Position numbers and translations under genes: made by a program
Notes under the pieces: generated by a model
The model's database searches: none
What the model was told of the DNA's origin: nothing
What the model saw: only the letters and a program-made list of their open reading frames with translations
Shown here: positions 38,818 through 48,534 of the stretch, one piece after another
Numbering within the stretch: position 1 is the stretch's first letter
How the letters are laid out: each line of letters opens with the position of its first letter
Source: a virus
Lineage: Duplodnaviria; Caudoviricetes
DNA length: 64,000 nucleotides
Direction: 5' to 3' (one strand)
Virus record (IMG/VR): IMGVR_UViG_2654587505_000001
Location: 1-64,000 of that record

Positions 38818-40065
38818 TCAATCCAATAAGTCTGCTAATTTTGCAGTCTCCGACCTCTCAGTTTTATCAAGTGTTACTTGACCATATAACTTTTGCCCTT
38901 TCAACATTTTTAAAGCATTAACACCATTATTTACTTTAAATTTATCATGGTCAATTTGCCTTGTGTCACCATTGAGCCAAATCATACTATCTGATCCGAT
39001 ACGCCCTAATAGTAATTGAATATGTTCTTTTGTATTATTTTCACATTCGGAAACATATACTAACGATCTCTTAATATCTCTGCCGCGCATAAATCCAAGA
39101 TGCTGAATTTCAATTTTGCCTTTATCTAAGAAAGAACTTAATCCATCTAATCCTCCAAGGTGGTCAGCAAGAGGCATGGCAAAAGGCATAAGTTTACTTT
39201 CCATGTCGGAAGGTAAAAATCCAATTGGATTACTATCCTTTACTTCAACGTTATTTCGAACCCAAACAATCTTATCAATCTTCTGATGCATCAGCATGTC
39301 AATAGCATGAGAAATCATAAGAAAGTCTTTTCCTACCCCGAATGAGCCGAAGCCAGCCTTTACGGTTGTATTTTTATCTTGAAGCAAGTCAAACATTAAC
39401 TCTTGTTTAATATTTAAAGGTTTGATTGTTCCTAAAAACATATTTTCTATTTTCTTGAATTTAAGTTTTTGAAGTTTTTCTCCATTGAATTTAAATTTAT
39501 CAATTACTTCATAACCTTTTAGATTACCAACTTCATCATATGTTGGTTTAGATTTATCCCAAACAATTAAATATTGATTTATGTATAAGTTTAAAAAGTT
39601 GTCTTCATTTTCATAAATTTTAGCAAGTGTTTCATTGTCGCTTTCCAATCTAGTGTCAATAAAAATTTCTTTGATTCCTTTATAATCACTGTCAATAACT
39701 TCATTATTTTCAGTTTCAAACACTTCAATATCTTGTGCTTGTGCTTTTAATTGAATTAAAAAATCTCCTGTTATAAGAATGGCATTATGCTCTTTTGCAC
39801 ATTCCACTATGCAATCATCATTGTTTCCTGTAATAATAGATGGATGAAATTTATTAAACTTATGATCATAGGAAATGTTTGCAAGTGATTTCAGCTTTCT
39901 AACTGCCTGTCTAGCTCTATAGGCAGTTTCATTTGAACCCATTTTTAATCTATCGAGTTCATGAAGAACAATCTCAGGGATTATTTTTTCTCCATCTAAG
40001 TCTAATAAGTGAAGATCTGACAACAAAGCATTTGTGTCATAAACATAAACTTTTTTCATAGGCAA
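38818..40065 (-). CDS. phoH: PIN-PhoH (PhoH2-type) protein
   Basis: N-terminal PIN (YDTNALL, NNDD), GxxGxGK, IGFLPS, FMRGR, GD.RQID, ERS. Confidence 0.88.
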   Translation of the reverse strand: MPMKKVYVYDTNALLSDLHLLDLDGEKIIPEIVLHELDRLKMGSNETAYRARQAVRKLKSLANISYDHKFNKFHPSIITGNNDDCIVECAKEHNAILITGDFLIQLKAQAQDIEVFETENNEVIDSDYKGIKEIFIDTRLESDNETLAKIYENEDNFLNLYINQYLIVWDKSKPTYDEVGNLKGYEVIDKFKFNGEKLQKLKFKKIENMFLGTIKPLNIKQELMFDLLQDKNTTVKAGFGSFGVGKDFLMISHAIDMLMHQKIDKIVWVRNNVEVKDSNPIGFLPSDMESKLMPFAMPLADHLGGLDGLSSFLDKGKIEIQHLGFMRGRDIKRSLVYVSECENNTKEHIQLLLGRIGSDSMIWLNGDTRQIDHDKFKVNNGVNALKMLKGQKLYGQVTLDKTERSETAKLADLLD

Positions 40066-40169
40066 ATTTACCTTTCACGGTAGAATGGGGAAGAGGTATA
40101 GTCTACAAAGACTACACCTCTTGCGTATGATATATGAATTTTATGAGTATGTGAGTTTATTTATATGTA

Positions 40170-40496
40170 TTATTTACCTGCAACAGTATCTTTTAGTCCT
40201 TTTGCAGGTTTAAATGCAGGAACTTTTGAAGACTCAATACGAATCTTTGCTTGTTCTTTTGTTTGTTCTTCAGGGATACCTTGTTTCTTCAATTCGTCAA
40301 GAAGTTTAAGATTATACCCATCACGAGCAGCGCGTTCACGCACTTCAAACGATCCGAAACCTACCAGTTGAACTTTTTCTCCGCTTGCAAGTGCTTCTGT
40401 GATTACTTCAAGAGTTGCTTCGATTACTGTTGTTGCATCTTTTTTAGAAAATCCTGTTTTACCTGCTACTGCATTAATCATATCTGTTTTGTTCAT
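40170..40496 (-). CDS. hup: HU-family DNA-binding protein (YonN-like) with arm insertion
   Basis: MNKT..I..VA, VQLVGFGSFEVRERAAR, KVPAFKP; RBS GGGAG before ATG 40496. Confidence 0.92.
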   Translation of the reverse strand: MNKTDMINAVAGKTGFSKKDATTVIEATLEVITEALASGEKVQLVGFGSFEVRERAARDGYNLKLLDELKKQGIPEEQTKEQAKIRIESSKVPAFKPAKGLKDTVAGK

Positions 40497-40648
40497 TTTT
40501 ACATTTCTCCCTTTTGGATTATAGTTTATTTTTTGAAAAGATAGAATAGGAAAAATACTTATATATTCTATCCATAATAGAAAAATCAAGGCGAAACGCT
40601 GAAATCCTTGTGGCTGTAGGGGAAAAGGTACTTTTAAAAATGGTAAAG

Positions 40649-41416
40649 TTATTTATTTTTGTTTTTATGATAGTATCTTAGTGCCTTTTCTCTGTTCTGT
40701 TGTTCTCTGCGATCCTTCCAACACTCACGGCACATCTTATGATTCTTACCAGATGGTTTAATTGGCCTATTACATTTTTCACAATTGCCTATTTTTTCAC
40801 CTTTCCATTTTAAATATTGATACACAAAATCTCTGAAATCATCCAATTTAATCTCCACTTCGCTGTTTTCATCTGCAAAACACACTTTTCTATTCGTAGA
40901 ATTCTTTCTTTTTGACTTTTCAATTAATCCTAAATTAATCAAATCATTAATCATTAGTCTTTGTTGATGAGTTGAAGTATTTATCTTACTATCATCAAAT
41001 ATGTCTTTTCTACTTGCGTTAACCCAATTGCTATTATTACCATTCATTTGATTATAAATTTTACTGTACACTAATAAAACAAATGCGAGTTTTTCTAGAT
41101 TTAGATTGTTTATATTTTGAATCGTTTTTAATTCATTTATTGTTATATTGACATAATCTATTTCTAATAATTTATGTTCTAACTTTTCTTCTTTTTTAAC
41201 TAATTTATCAAGAAGATCGTTCCATTTAACCGAATTAAATCTCTTGTAATTATTTTTCATAAATTCTTCTATTGAATTTCTTACTTGTTCTTTATTCATT
41301 CCCATATTGTAATAATATTTTATTAGTATTTTTATGGTATTTGTTGGTTTCTTATCTATATAACCTTCATTTAATGCTTTGTACGCCGCTTCTTTTTCAT
41401 TTAAAATGAGATTCAT
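40649..41416 (-). CDS. Hypothetical protein with C-terminal Zn ribbon, overlapping the RNAP gene
   Basis: CEKC..CREC; possible winged helix; overlaps yonO stop by 20 bp. Confidence 0.75.
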   Translation of the reverse strand: MNLILNEKEAAYKALNEGYIDKKPTNTIKILIKYYYNMGMNKEQVRNSIEEFMKNNYKRFNSVKWNDLLDKLVKKEEKLEHKLLEIDYVNITINELKTIQNINNLNLEKLAFVLLVYSKIYNQMNGNNSNWVNASRKDIFDDSKINTSTHQQRLMINDLINLGLIEKSKRKNSTNRKVCFADENSEVEIKLDDFRDFVYQYLKWKGEKIGNCEKCNRPIKPSGKNHKMCRECWKDRREQQNREKALRYYHKNKNK

Positions 41417-44159
41417 TTAATTCCTCACCTTCTATCAAAATTTTCTTCATACTAAATGTTTCTCCGCCGAATTCAACATCTCCATTTTCATCTAGAACAG
41501 GAATATGTATAATATTTTTATTTCTTTTCAGTAAATTGCTGATAATTTGCTCACCACAAATATCCCATGCAAATTGTTTAGAAGTATTCCTTTTATAACA
41601 AATATCAACAACAATATTGCACAGTTCATCGGCATCATTGCATATTGAATGAGCCTTTGCTATAAACTTTTGTTTAAACAAACTCCTTGAAAGTTGCTTT
41701 TCTTCATCAGAAACTCGGTCTTTTTTAATTTTTTGCATAAATAATTTTGTATCTTCTAAGTATTCTTCATATAAATTCTTAACCTGATTATATCTATGTT
41801 GACTATATTTTTTTTGTGATTTTAAAATGTTAAAATCAAAATCTTCTGTTTTAAAATTATCTTTAATTCTATCAAATACATTTTCTATTTTTCGACATAT
41901 TTTATTCATTACTGAATCACTAATTGAAACTGGCATATGTCGAAAATATGATTGTAAAAATTCTTTTTCTTTTTCATTGTGATTTGACTTACTTATTAAC
42001 TCATTTAGCGTACATCGAAAATTCTCCACACAGTTTTCTTCATATGTATTTACATGATTTCTATATACTCTTCTCAATTCAGGATAAATATAAGTAAAAA
42101 AATAAGGTTTTTTATCAGCTAAGATTTTTAAATTAAATTCCCTAACTTCTGACGGTAAATTTTTATTAGAGTGATAATCATACCATTCTTTAGGCATCGG
42201 TTTACTTTCAATGCCTTTTGTCTTATCAATGGCATTTTGCTGATAATTTTGACCACAGCGAATACGATAATCAAGTTCTTTATACTCTTTACTGTCTTTA
42301 CTAAAATTTGCTCGAACATCAAACATAGATGTGATACGATTTGTTGTTGAACCTATTTCATCACCAAAACTATCTTTATTTGATTGAATTAAGTCTGCCT
42401 CCTCTGGGATTTTCTTCTCTGCTGTTTTTTGCACACATATAATTGCGTCAAGTTCCTCGATAGCATTGAGTATAATTTGATTATCTGTTGTAAGTACTGT
42501 ATCTCCATCTCGGTCAGCACCATTTAAAGCGTGAGAAGTAGTGTCCCATGAATTAAAAATGGTGCAAGTGTCCATATATTTATACCAATATTTCATTTCA
42601 TCTGTATTCTTTAATCTTAAAATACGTATATTATTATGGCATGTCATTGGTGCTCTGAAACAAGCAACTTTATCCACATTTTTATCATTCCAATATTTAG
42701 AATAAAACTCTCCGCTTTTCAATAAACCAGTTACTTCCATATCAAAAATACTTTGACATAGCGAGTATGGATCTCCTGAGATTGTTGAAAAATTTCCCCT
42801 CACTTTCAATACTCCAACTTTTGCTTCATTAATTCTTTTTTTAATCATATTATGGATTTTATTTTTAACAAATGGATCTTTTATCATTTCTTTTTCAATC
42901 ATTAATGCTTTTACAAAGTCGGATTCATTATTATTAAATATATCTTCATTTACGTGTGAGCCTTTTAAAAATAAAATACTTTTTCTATAATCTCCGCCTA
43001 AAACATCTTTAATTTCTTCAACTGTTGGATCAATCAATTTATCGATTTGAACATCGCTCAAATCAAGAGATTGGATAAACTGATAATTAAGATTACGTTC
43101 ATTTTCTAGTTCTTTGGGAGTTATTTTTGTCACACTGAATGTATACCCATTTTTCTCACAACATTCTAAGTAATGTTCAATACTATTATATGAATCCCAT
43201 AATTTCAACATGGAAGTAGTGAGTACAACTTCCACCTGAGTAATGTCTTTTTGATTTCCCCAAGCATCAATTACAATGTTGTTTTTTGCGATATTTTTTG
43301 CAAAATCTAAAAAATCAAAAGTAAATAGCATACCTTTACAAAAACTATTTCTTATACAAAACCCACTAGCAATATAATCTTCTCCCAGTTCTTTTGACCA
43401 TTTTTCACTTAATGAAGGCAATATCAAACCATATCCATCACTATCCACAAGAGATAATAGATAGTCTTTTTCTTCGGTAATTATAGGATATTGACTTTTA
43501 GTGTCATCAATTTTAATAACATTTGCTTTAAATGTCGTTTCACAATCTTTAACTACTAATACTCCTTTTGGATTTGAAACTGGAATACTTGCACTACAAG
43601 CTAATGATTTATATGCCTCAAATTTTGCTGGAACTAACATTTTATTTTTATTTCTTCCATTTTCAATTCTTTCTTGTAGTTCTTCATATACATTAGCACT
43701 TACAAAAACTACTGTGCTATTTTTTGCTCCACCAGTTGTAGCAAGCAATCTTTTAAATTTTACTCCATTAATATAAAATCCTTTTTTTGAATTCATCCTG
43801 TCATAATCTTGAATCCTATCAATCACAATACAAACATAATCTTTTACAAATAATAAATTGTATAAATCATCATATAATTTCTTAATTTTTTTTTTATTTT
43901 CTGAATTAATTTCTTTTTTCTTAATTTGTTTAATTTCATTTTTTATTTCTTTGATCTTTTTTTCTATATCATTATATGTATTATTATTTTTATTATTAAT
44001 TTCTCTAATAAATCGCAAAACTGAACTATCTGCCAAAGAAACAATTTCTTCGTTTTCAATTGCTTGCTGTATCGTAAGATTTAAATTCCATTTAGATTTT
44101 CTCAATCTTGAAGAATGAATTTTGAATATATATTTTAGGCTCGACTGTTGTTTAGCCAA
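41397..44159 (-). CDS. yonO: YonO-type single-subunit DNA-dependent RNA polymerase
   Basis: NGADRDGD (DxDGD) catalytic motif, SDG.GLI, KGM, FRAP, AID..K motifs of two-barrel polymerases; synteny with HU/yonK; probable TTG start 44159 after GGAGG (ORF extends to 44180). Confidence 0.9.
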   Translation of the reverse strand: MAKQQSSLKYIFKIHSSRLRKSKWNLNLTIQQAIENEEIVSLADSSVLRFIREINNKNNNTYNDIEKKIKEIKNEIKQIKKKEINSENKKKIKKLYDDLYNLLFVKDYVCIVIDRIQDYDRMNSKKGFYINGVKFKRLLATTGGAKNSTVVFVSANVYEELQERIENGRNKNKMLVPAKFEAYKSLACSASIPVSNPKGVLVVKDCETTFKANVIKIDDTKSQYPIITEEKDYLLSLVDSDGYGLILPSLSEKWSKELGEDYIASGFCIRNSFCKGMLFTFDFLDFAKNIAKNNIVIDAWGNQKDITQVEVVLTTSMLKLWDSYNSIEHYLECCEKNGYTFSVTKITPKELENERNLNYQFIQSLDLSDVQIDKLIDPTVEEIKDVLGGDYRKSILFLKGSHVNEDIFNNNESDFVKALMIEKEMIKDPFVKNKIHNMIKKRINEAKVGVLKVRGNFSTISGDPYSLCQSIFDMEVTGLLKSGEFYSKYWNDKNVDKVACFRAPMTCHNNIRILRLKNTDEMKYWYKYMDTCTIFNSWDTTSHALNGADRDGDTVLTTDNQIILNAIEELDAIICVQKTAEKKIPEEADLIQSNKDSFGDEIGSTTNRITSMFDVRANFSKDSKEYKELDYRIRCGQNYQQNAIDKTKGIESKPMPKEWYDYHSNKNLPSEVREFNLKILADKKPYFFTYIYPELRRVYRNHVNTYEENCVENFRCTLNELISKSNHNEKEKEFLQSYFRHMPVSISDSVMNKICRKIENVFDRIKDNFKTEDFDFNILKSQKKYSQHRYNQVKNLYEEYLEDTKLFMQKIKKDRVSDEEKQLSRSLFKQKFIAKAHSICNDADELCNIVVDICYKRNTSKQFAWDICGEQIISNLLKRNKNIIHIPVLDENGDVEFGGETFSMKKILIEGEELNESHFK

Positions 44160-44186
44160 TAATTCTGTCCTCCAATTCATTATATT

Positions 44187-44408
44187 CTAATTCCTATTCT
44201 TTTTTATGTATTCTCTTTTCCATTCCTTATATGTATCGTCTCCAAGATCGTCCAAATAGTCTAACTCTAATTCTTCAATACTATCCCATCCTTCATCAAT
44301 TTTATGTTTAAATATTCTCTCTGTTTCCTCACAAAATGCATAATCATAATCTTTTAGTGTTCCATCATAATAAACATCCTGCCAATTAAGTCTCGAACTT
44401 TTTCCCAT
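44187..44408 (-). CDS. Small acidic hypothetical protein
   Basis: 73 aa, AAGGGAG RBS, first gene of yonO operon. Confidence 0.7.
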   Translation of the reverse strand: MGKSSRLNWQDVYYDGTLKDYDYAFCEETERIFKHKIDEGWDSIEELELDYLDDLGDDTYKEWKREYIKKNRN

Positions 44409-44491
44409 CCGTAATCTCCCTTGTATTCGTCATTTTTATCATCCCCTCTAATATTTAGATTCGGCAAGAAGTTATTTCTTCTTACATTGAT

Positions 44492-44521
44492 AATTTAGCA
44501 TTTTTTATATTTTAAAGTCAA
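44492..44521 (-). promoter_or_regulatory. sigmaA-type promoter for yonO operon
   Basis: TTGACT-18 bp-TAAATT with extended TG. Confidence 0.6.
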
Positions 44522-44584
44522 TACTTTTTAAAGAGAATATCTCTTCATTATATACAAAAAAAGAAAGTAAAAAATATAAAAAAC

Positions 44585-44613
44585 TTGACAAAAACAACTG
44601 ACTGGTGTATATT
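44585..44613 (+). promoter_or_regulatory. sigmaA-type promoter for recombinase gene (divergent from yonO)
   Basis: TTGACA-17 bp-TATATT, A-rich UP element. Confidence 0.7.
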
Positions 44614-44651
44614 TTATTTATGTTAATCATGAATAAAGGAGGAGATAATGA

Positions 44652-45701
44652 GTGCAAAGTTTAGCGACTGTACAAAGTTTAAATATTGATTCCGTTTATG
44701 ATGCTTTCATAACTTGGATAAATAAATATAAAGAAAATTCAAGAATGGAGTATATACGAAATGTAAATGAATTCTTTATGTTTATGCATGGGAAGACCAT
44801 TGAAAATATTACCAAACAGGAAATTGAAACAGTAACCGATGTGACAGGAAAAAGAGTCAAACTTTTAAATATGCATGTGGAAAAATATAAACAATATTTA
44901 AAACAGAAAAAAAATACTGATTCTTCTATCATTAGAAAAATATACGCAATTCGTTCTCTGTATAAATATTTGCGAATCAATGGCTACGATGTAGATCATT
45001 TAATTTTTGATTCTTCTGCTTTAAAAAATAAGCCTAAAAGTTATGGATTCTACACTCCAGATGAAGTAAAAATGGTTGCAAAAGAAGCATTAAATGAACT
45101 CCATTATGGGGAAGAGTTATATATTTGTTACTTGTTGGCTGCACAAACAAGTATACGTCTTAATGCTTTGTTAAGTTTGAAATGGTCAAATATTAGCAAA
45201 GATGAGAAGAGTGGATTGTACATAATTGAAACGATTGACAAAAACGATGAAGAAGTTATTGCTCCATTTGAACAAGAATTACACCATCGGCTAATTGAAA
45301 TTAAAAATAGATACAATTCAGATAAATTGTTCCCTAATCTTAAACCAGATAAAGTAGAAAAGTCATTACACAGGATTAATAACAGATTAGGGTTCTCTAA
45401 AACAAGAAGACTTACTTTTCATTCCTTACGTAAAGTAGCAATTAACTACGGTGTAAATGTGATGAAGGATATTAAGGGTGCTCAGGAACAGGGTCGTCAT
45501 AAATCTGTTCAAGTTATGATTGATCGATATACACAAACTGAAACAGACTTTAGTACTCGTGCTGGAATTCAAATGATGAAAGAGGCTAATGAAGAAGTTT
45601 TTGACTTAGTTAATAAAAAAGAACTATTGGAGATGTTAAAGGAGATGAATATTGGAGTATATAATCAATTGGCATTGAAGATAGAGAGGATGGTGGAGTA
45701 G
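44652..45701 (+). CDS. Tyrosine recombinase/integrase family protein
   Basis: SAM-like N-terminus; R (SIRLNAL), K, HSLR, GRH, RY catalytic residues; AAGGAGG RBS. Confidence 0.88.
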   Translation: MQSLATVQSLNIDSVYDAFITWINKYKENSRMEYIRNVNEFFMFMHGKTIENITKQEIETVTDVTGKRVKLLNMHVEKYKQYLKQKKNTDSSIIRKIYAIRSLYKYLRINGYDVDHLIFDSSALKNKPKSYGFYTPDEVKMVAKEALNELHYGEELYICYLLAAQTSIRLNALLSLKWSNISKDEKSGLYIIETIDKNDEEVIAPFEQELHHRLIEIKNRYNSDKLFPNLKPDKVEKSLHRINNRLGFSKTRRLTFHSLRKVAINYGVNVMKDIKGAQEQGRHKSVQVMIDRYTQTETDFSTRAGIQMMKEANEEVFDLVNKKELLEMLKEMNIGVYNQLALKIERMVE

Positions 45702-45867
45702 AATGGATGTGATAATTTCGTTTTATTTTTTGTGATTTTACTTCAATTAAAATAATATCTTAGTGTATGGAGAAATGAAGATAGTTAAGTATGATTGGAT
45801 AGATGTGAAGAAATCTTGTTTAAATTAAAATGAATTTAGAAGCGAAATAAATAATATGTATAAAACG

Positions 45868-45897
45868 TTGACTTGATAAAATAAAAAATGTTATATT
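45868..45897 (+). promoter_or_regulatory. sigmaA-type promoter of replication operon
   Basis: TTGACT-18 bp-TATATT with extended TG. Confidence 0.6.
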
Positions 45898-45965
45898 AAA
45901 TTCGTACCGAATAGGTGCGATTTTTATTATTCACTTAAAAATTTTTAACAAGGGAGAGAATACCG

Positions 45966-46121
45966 TTGGACTACCAGAAGATTATTAAACAAAAAGGACT
46001 AAAACAAAAATGGATAGCAGAGAAATTGGGAGTAAGTAGTGCGATGATTAGCATGTATATAAGTGGTAAATCTGGAATGTCTTCAGAAAAAATTAAGAAA
46101 TTAAATAGACTATTAAAATAA
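45966..46121 (+). CDS. XRE-family HTH protein (51 aa; not in ORF track)
   Basis: TTG start, AGGGAG RBS; MDYQKIIKQKGLKQKWIAEKLGVSSAMISMYISG. Confidence 0.8.
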   Translation: MDYQKIIKQKGLKQKWIAEKLGVSSAMISMYISGKSGMSSEKIKKLNRLLK

Positions 46122-46145
46122 TAGATAATCCAAAGGAGATGAAAT

Positions 46146-48491
46146 ATGGAAAATATTAAATTAGATGTAACGCCGATAAAATGTTTGTATCCTAAAACTT
46201 TTAACCCAACAAATGATTTTTATATTTATTCTTGTAAAACAGACAGTGAAGAAGTAGAGTTAAATAGATATGGAACTATTACTATAAAAGGAAAGATGCA
46301 AAGACTTGATCTAGATGTTACATATAAAGCTGAAATAGCATTTGGTGAAAATCATCCTACATATGGAGTTAGTTATAATGTTATCTCTGTTTATCAGGAA
46401 TTACCGAAAACAACCGAAGCGCAAAAAGATTATCTTAGAGCACTTATAACTGAAAATCAAATTTATGAAATTTACAAAATTTATGGAGATCAGGACATTA
46501 TTAAACTCTTTAAAGAAGATAAAATTGATTACAAAAAAATTAAAGGTTTTGGGGAAGTTACGTATAAAAGAGTCAGACAGAAAATTGTTGAGAATTTAGA
46601 TTATCAAGAACTGTTGAGTAATTTAGGTAAATATGGTATCACCTATGACACAATTGTTAAATTAATGAAAGAATTCGGTAGTGCTCAAATTGCCATTCAA
46701 AAAGTAAAGAATAATCCATATACATTGACTAGAATTCATGGAATTGGATTTAAAAAAGCAGACGCAATTGCTAGAAATATGGCTAAAGAAGAAATTGAAT
46801 TATTGCTTGAGGCAGGAAAAATAAATAAAAAAGAAGCAGAACAAATGTTTGTTGAAAAAGTGTTTGAAAGTCCATTTCGAATCCAGAGTGGAATACGACA
46901 TGTTATAGAACAAGAACAAGGAAAAGGAAATACATACATAGAAGAAGATGAACTATTAAAACAAAGTGTTGAATTATTACAGGTTGAAGATATGTTGATT
47001 CAACAACAGATAAAAAACACAGAAGGATTACATTTGGAAGGAACTATGATTGCTTTAGAAAATACATATAAGACAGAAGAATTTATTAGTAGCTGGATTA
47101 AAGAAAAACTTAAGAACCCAAATGAATTAAATTTTAATGTAGAAGAATTTATTGAGCGAATGGAAGAGAAGCATCAGATTAAGTTATCACACCAACAGAA
47201 ATCTTTTTTCTATAATGTTAAGAATCATTCTGTGCATTTACTTGTTGGTTACGCAGGCTGTGGAAAATCAAAATTACAATCATTGTTACGTGATTTATTA
47301 AAAGAACTAGGACTTACAGCAAAATGGCTTGCTCCGACTGGAAATGCAGCCAAGATCCTGTCAGGGTATATTGGAGAAAAAGCATCTACTGCACACAAAG
47401 CAATAGGCTATGGACAAAATAAAGAAGAAAAAGATTTAATAGAGATTATTGAAGACTATATTATCATTGACGAAACAAGTATGCTCGATGTATTTATTAA
47501 TGCTTCAATTTTGAAAAAAATTAAAAATCCTGAAGCAAGAATCTTGTTTATTGGGGATGCATTCCAAATACCAAGCGTCCAGTGTGGCAATCTCCTTCAT
47601 GATATGCTTGAGAGTGGAGTTATTCCCACAACTAAACTCGATATTGTCTTTAGACAAAGCGAAGGTGGAATATTGGATATTGCCACTAAAATTAGACTAG
47701 GAGAAAAATTTATTGATAATGATTTCAATGGTAGAGCTGTATATGGAAAAAACATGGTGATTCATTGTACAGAGCAAGAGTGGATGAGTGATGGGTATAA
47801 GTATTACTATAATAGATTTTTAGACAATCACAAACCAGAAGAAATTATGGTGCTCAGTCCAACTAAAAAAGGAAAGCTTGGAACAATAACTATTAATAAA
47901 GAAATACAACAAATTGTAAATCCGTCCAGTCCTTTAAAAAAAGAGATTGAGTTTGGGGAAGATGGGGTATTACGTATTGGAGACTATGTAATAAACATAA
48001 AAAATACATATGATATCATGAACGTTAGTAAAGAAGTTACTGAGATTGTAAATGGAGACAAGGGAATCGTTTATGATCTTATTACGGACTGGAATCCTAA
48101 ACGTGATAGATACAATGGAAACAAAAGTAACTATGAACTAGAAGAAGACGAATTTGGAGATGAAGAAGAAGTTAATGAAAATGGAGTGTATGTAAAATTT
48201 GATTCAGACGAAATCAAAATCTCACTACAAGATAAGTTTCAACTTTTACATGCTTGGTGTTTGACTATGCATAAGAGTCAGGGTGGAAATGCTAAAGCGG
48301 TATTAATTATTTGTGATAAGTCTCATAAATTTCAGATGAGTGCAAACTTGTTGTATACGGCAGTAACAAGAGCAACAGATTATGTTGTAATTGTTTGTCA
48401 AGCAGATGTAATTAATCATGCTATGAGAAAAGTTGAAAATTTGAGAAGAAATACGAGGTTAGAAGAATTACTAAGAAGAGAAGTCGTGTAA
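46146..48491 (+). CDS. recD2: RecD2-like SF1B DNA helicase
   Basis: HhH (NPYTL..IHGIGFKKAD), GYAGCGKS, IIDETSM, GD..QIPSV, FRQ, TMHKSQG, LLYTAVTRA. Confidence 0.92.
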   Translation: MENIKLDVTPIKCLYPKTFNPTNDFYIYSCKTDSEEVELNRYGTITIKGKMQRLDLDVTYKAEIAFGENHPTYGVSYNVISVYQELPKTTEAQKDYLRALITENQIYEIYKIYGDQDIIKLFKEDKIDYKKIKGFGEVTYKRVRQKIVENLDYQELLSNLGKYGITYDTIVKLMKEFGSAQIAIQKVKNNPYTLTRIHGIGFKKADAIARNMAKEEIELLLEAGKINKKEAEQMFVEKVFESPFRIQSGIRHVIEQEQGKGNTYIEEDELLKQSVELLQVEDMLIQQQIKNTEGLHLEGTMIALENTYKTEEFISSWIKEKLKNPNELNFNVEEFIERMEEKHQIKLSHQQKSFFYNVKNHSVHLLVGYAGCGKSKLQSLLRDLLKELGLTAKWLAPTGNAAKILSGYIGEKASTAHKAIGYGQNKEEKDLIEIIEDYIIIDETSMLDVFINASILKKIKNPEARILFIGDAFQIPSVQCGNLLHDMLESGVIPTTKLDIVFRQSEGGILDIATKIRLGEKFIDNDFNGRAVYGKNMVIHCTEQEWMSDGYKYYYNRFLDNHKPEEIMVLSPTKKGKLGTITINKEIQQIVNPSSPLKKEIEFGEDGVLRIGDYVINIKNTYDIMNVSKEVTEIVNGDKGIVYDLITDWNPKRDRYNGNKSNYELEEDEFGDEEEVNENGVYVKFDSDEIKISLQDKFQLLHAWCLTMHKSQGGNAKAVLIICDKSHKFQMSANLLYTAVTRATDYVVIVCQADVINHAMRKVENLRRNTRLEELLRREVV

Positions 48492-48534
48492 GTACGGCTT
48501 CTCTTGTAGATTGTTAAATGTGAGGAGAGATGTG

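Noticed and set aside
44601-44628. dif-like site (TTATGTTAAT arm) upstream of the recombinase
   Set aside because: Left arm is a poor match and the sequence is explained by the promoter -10 region.
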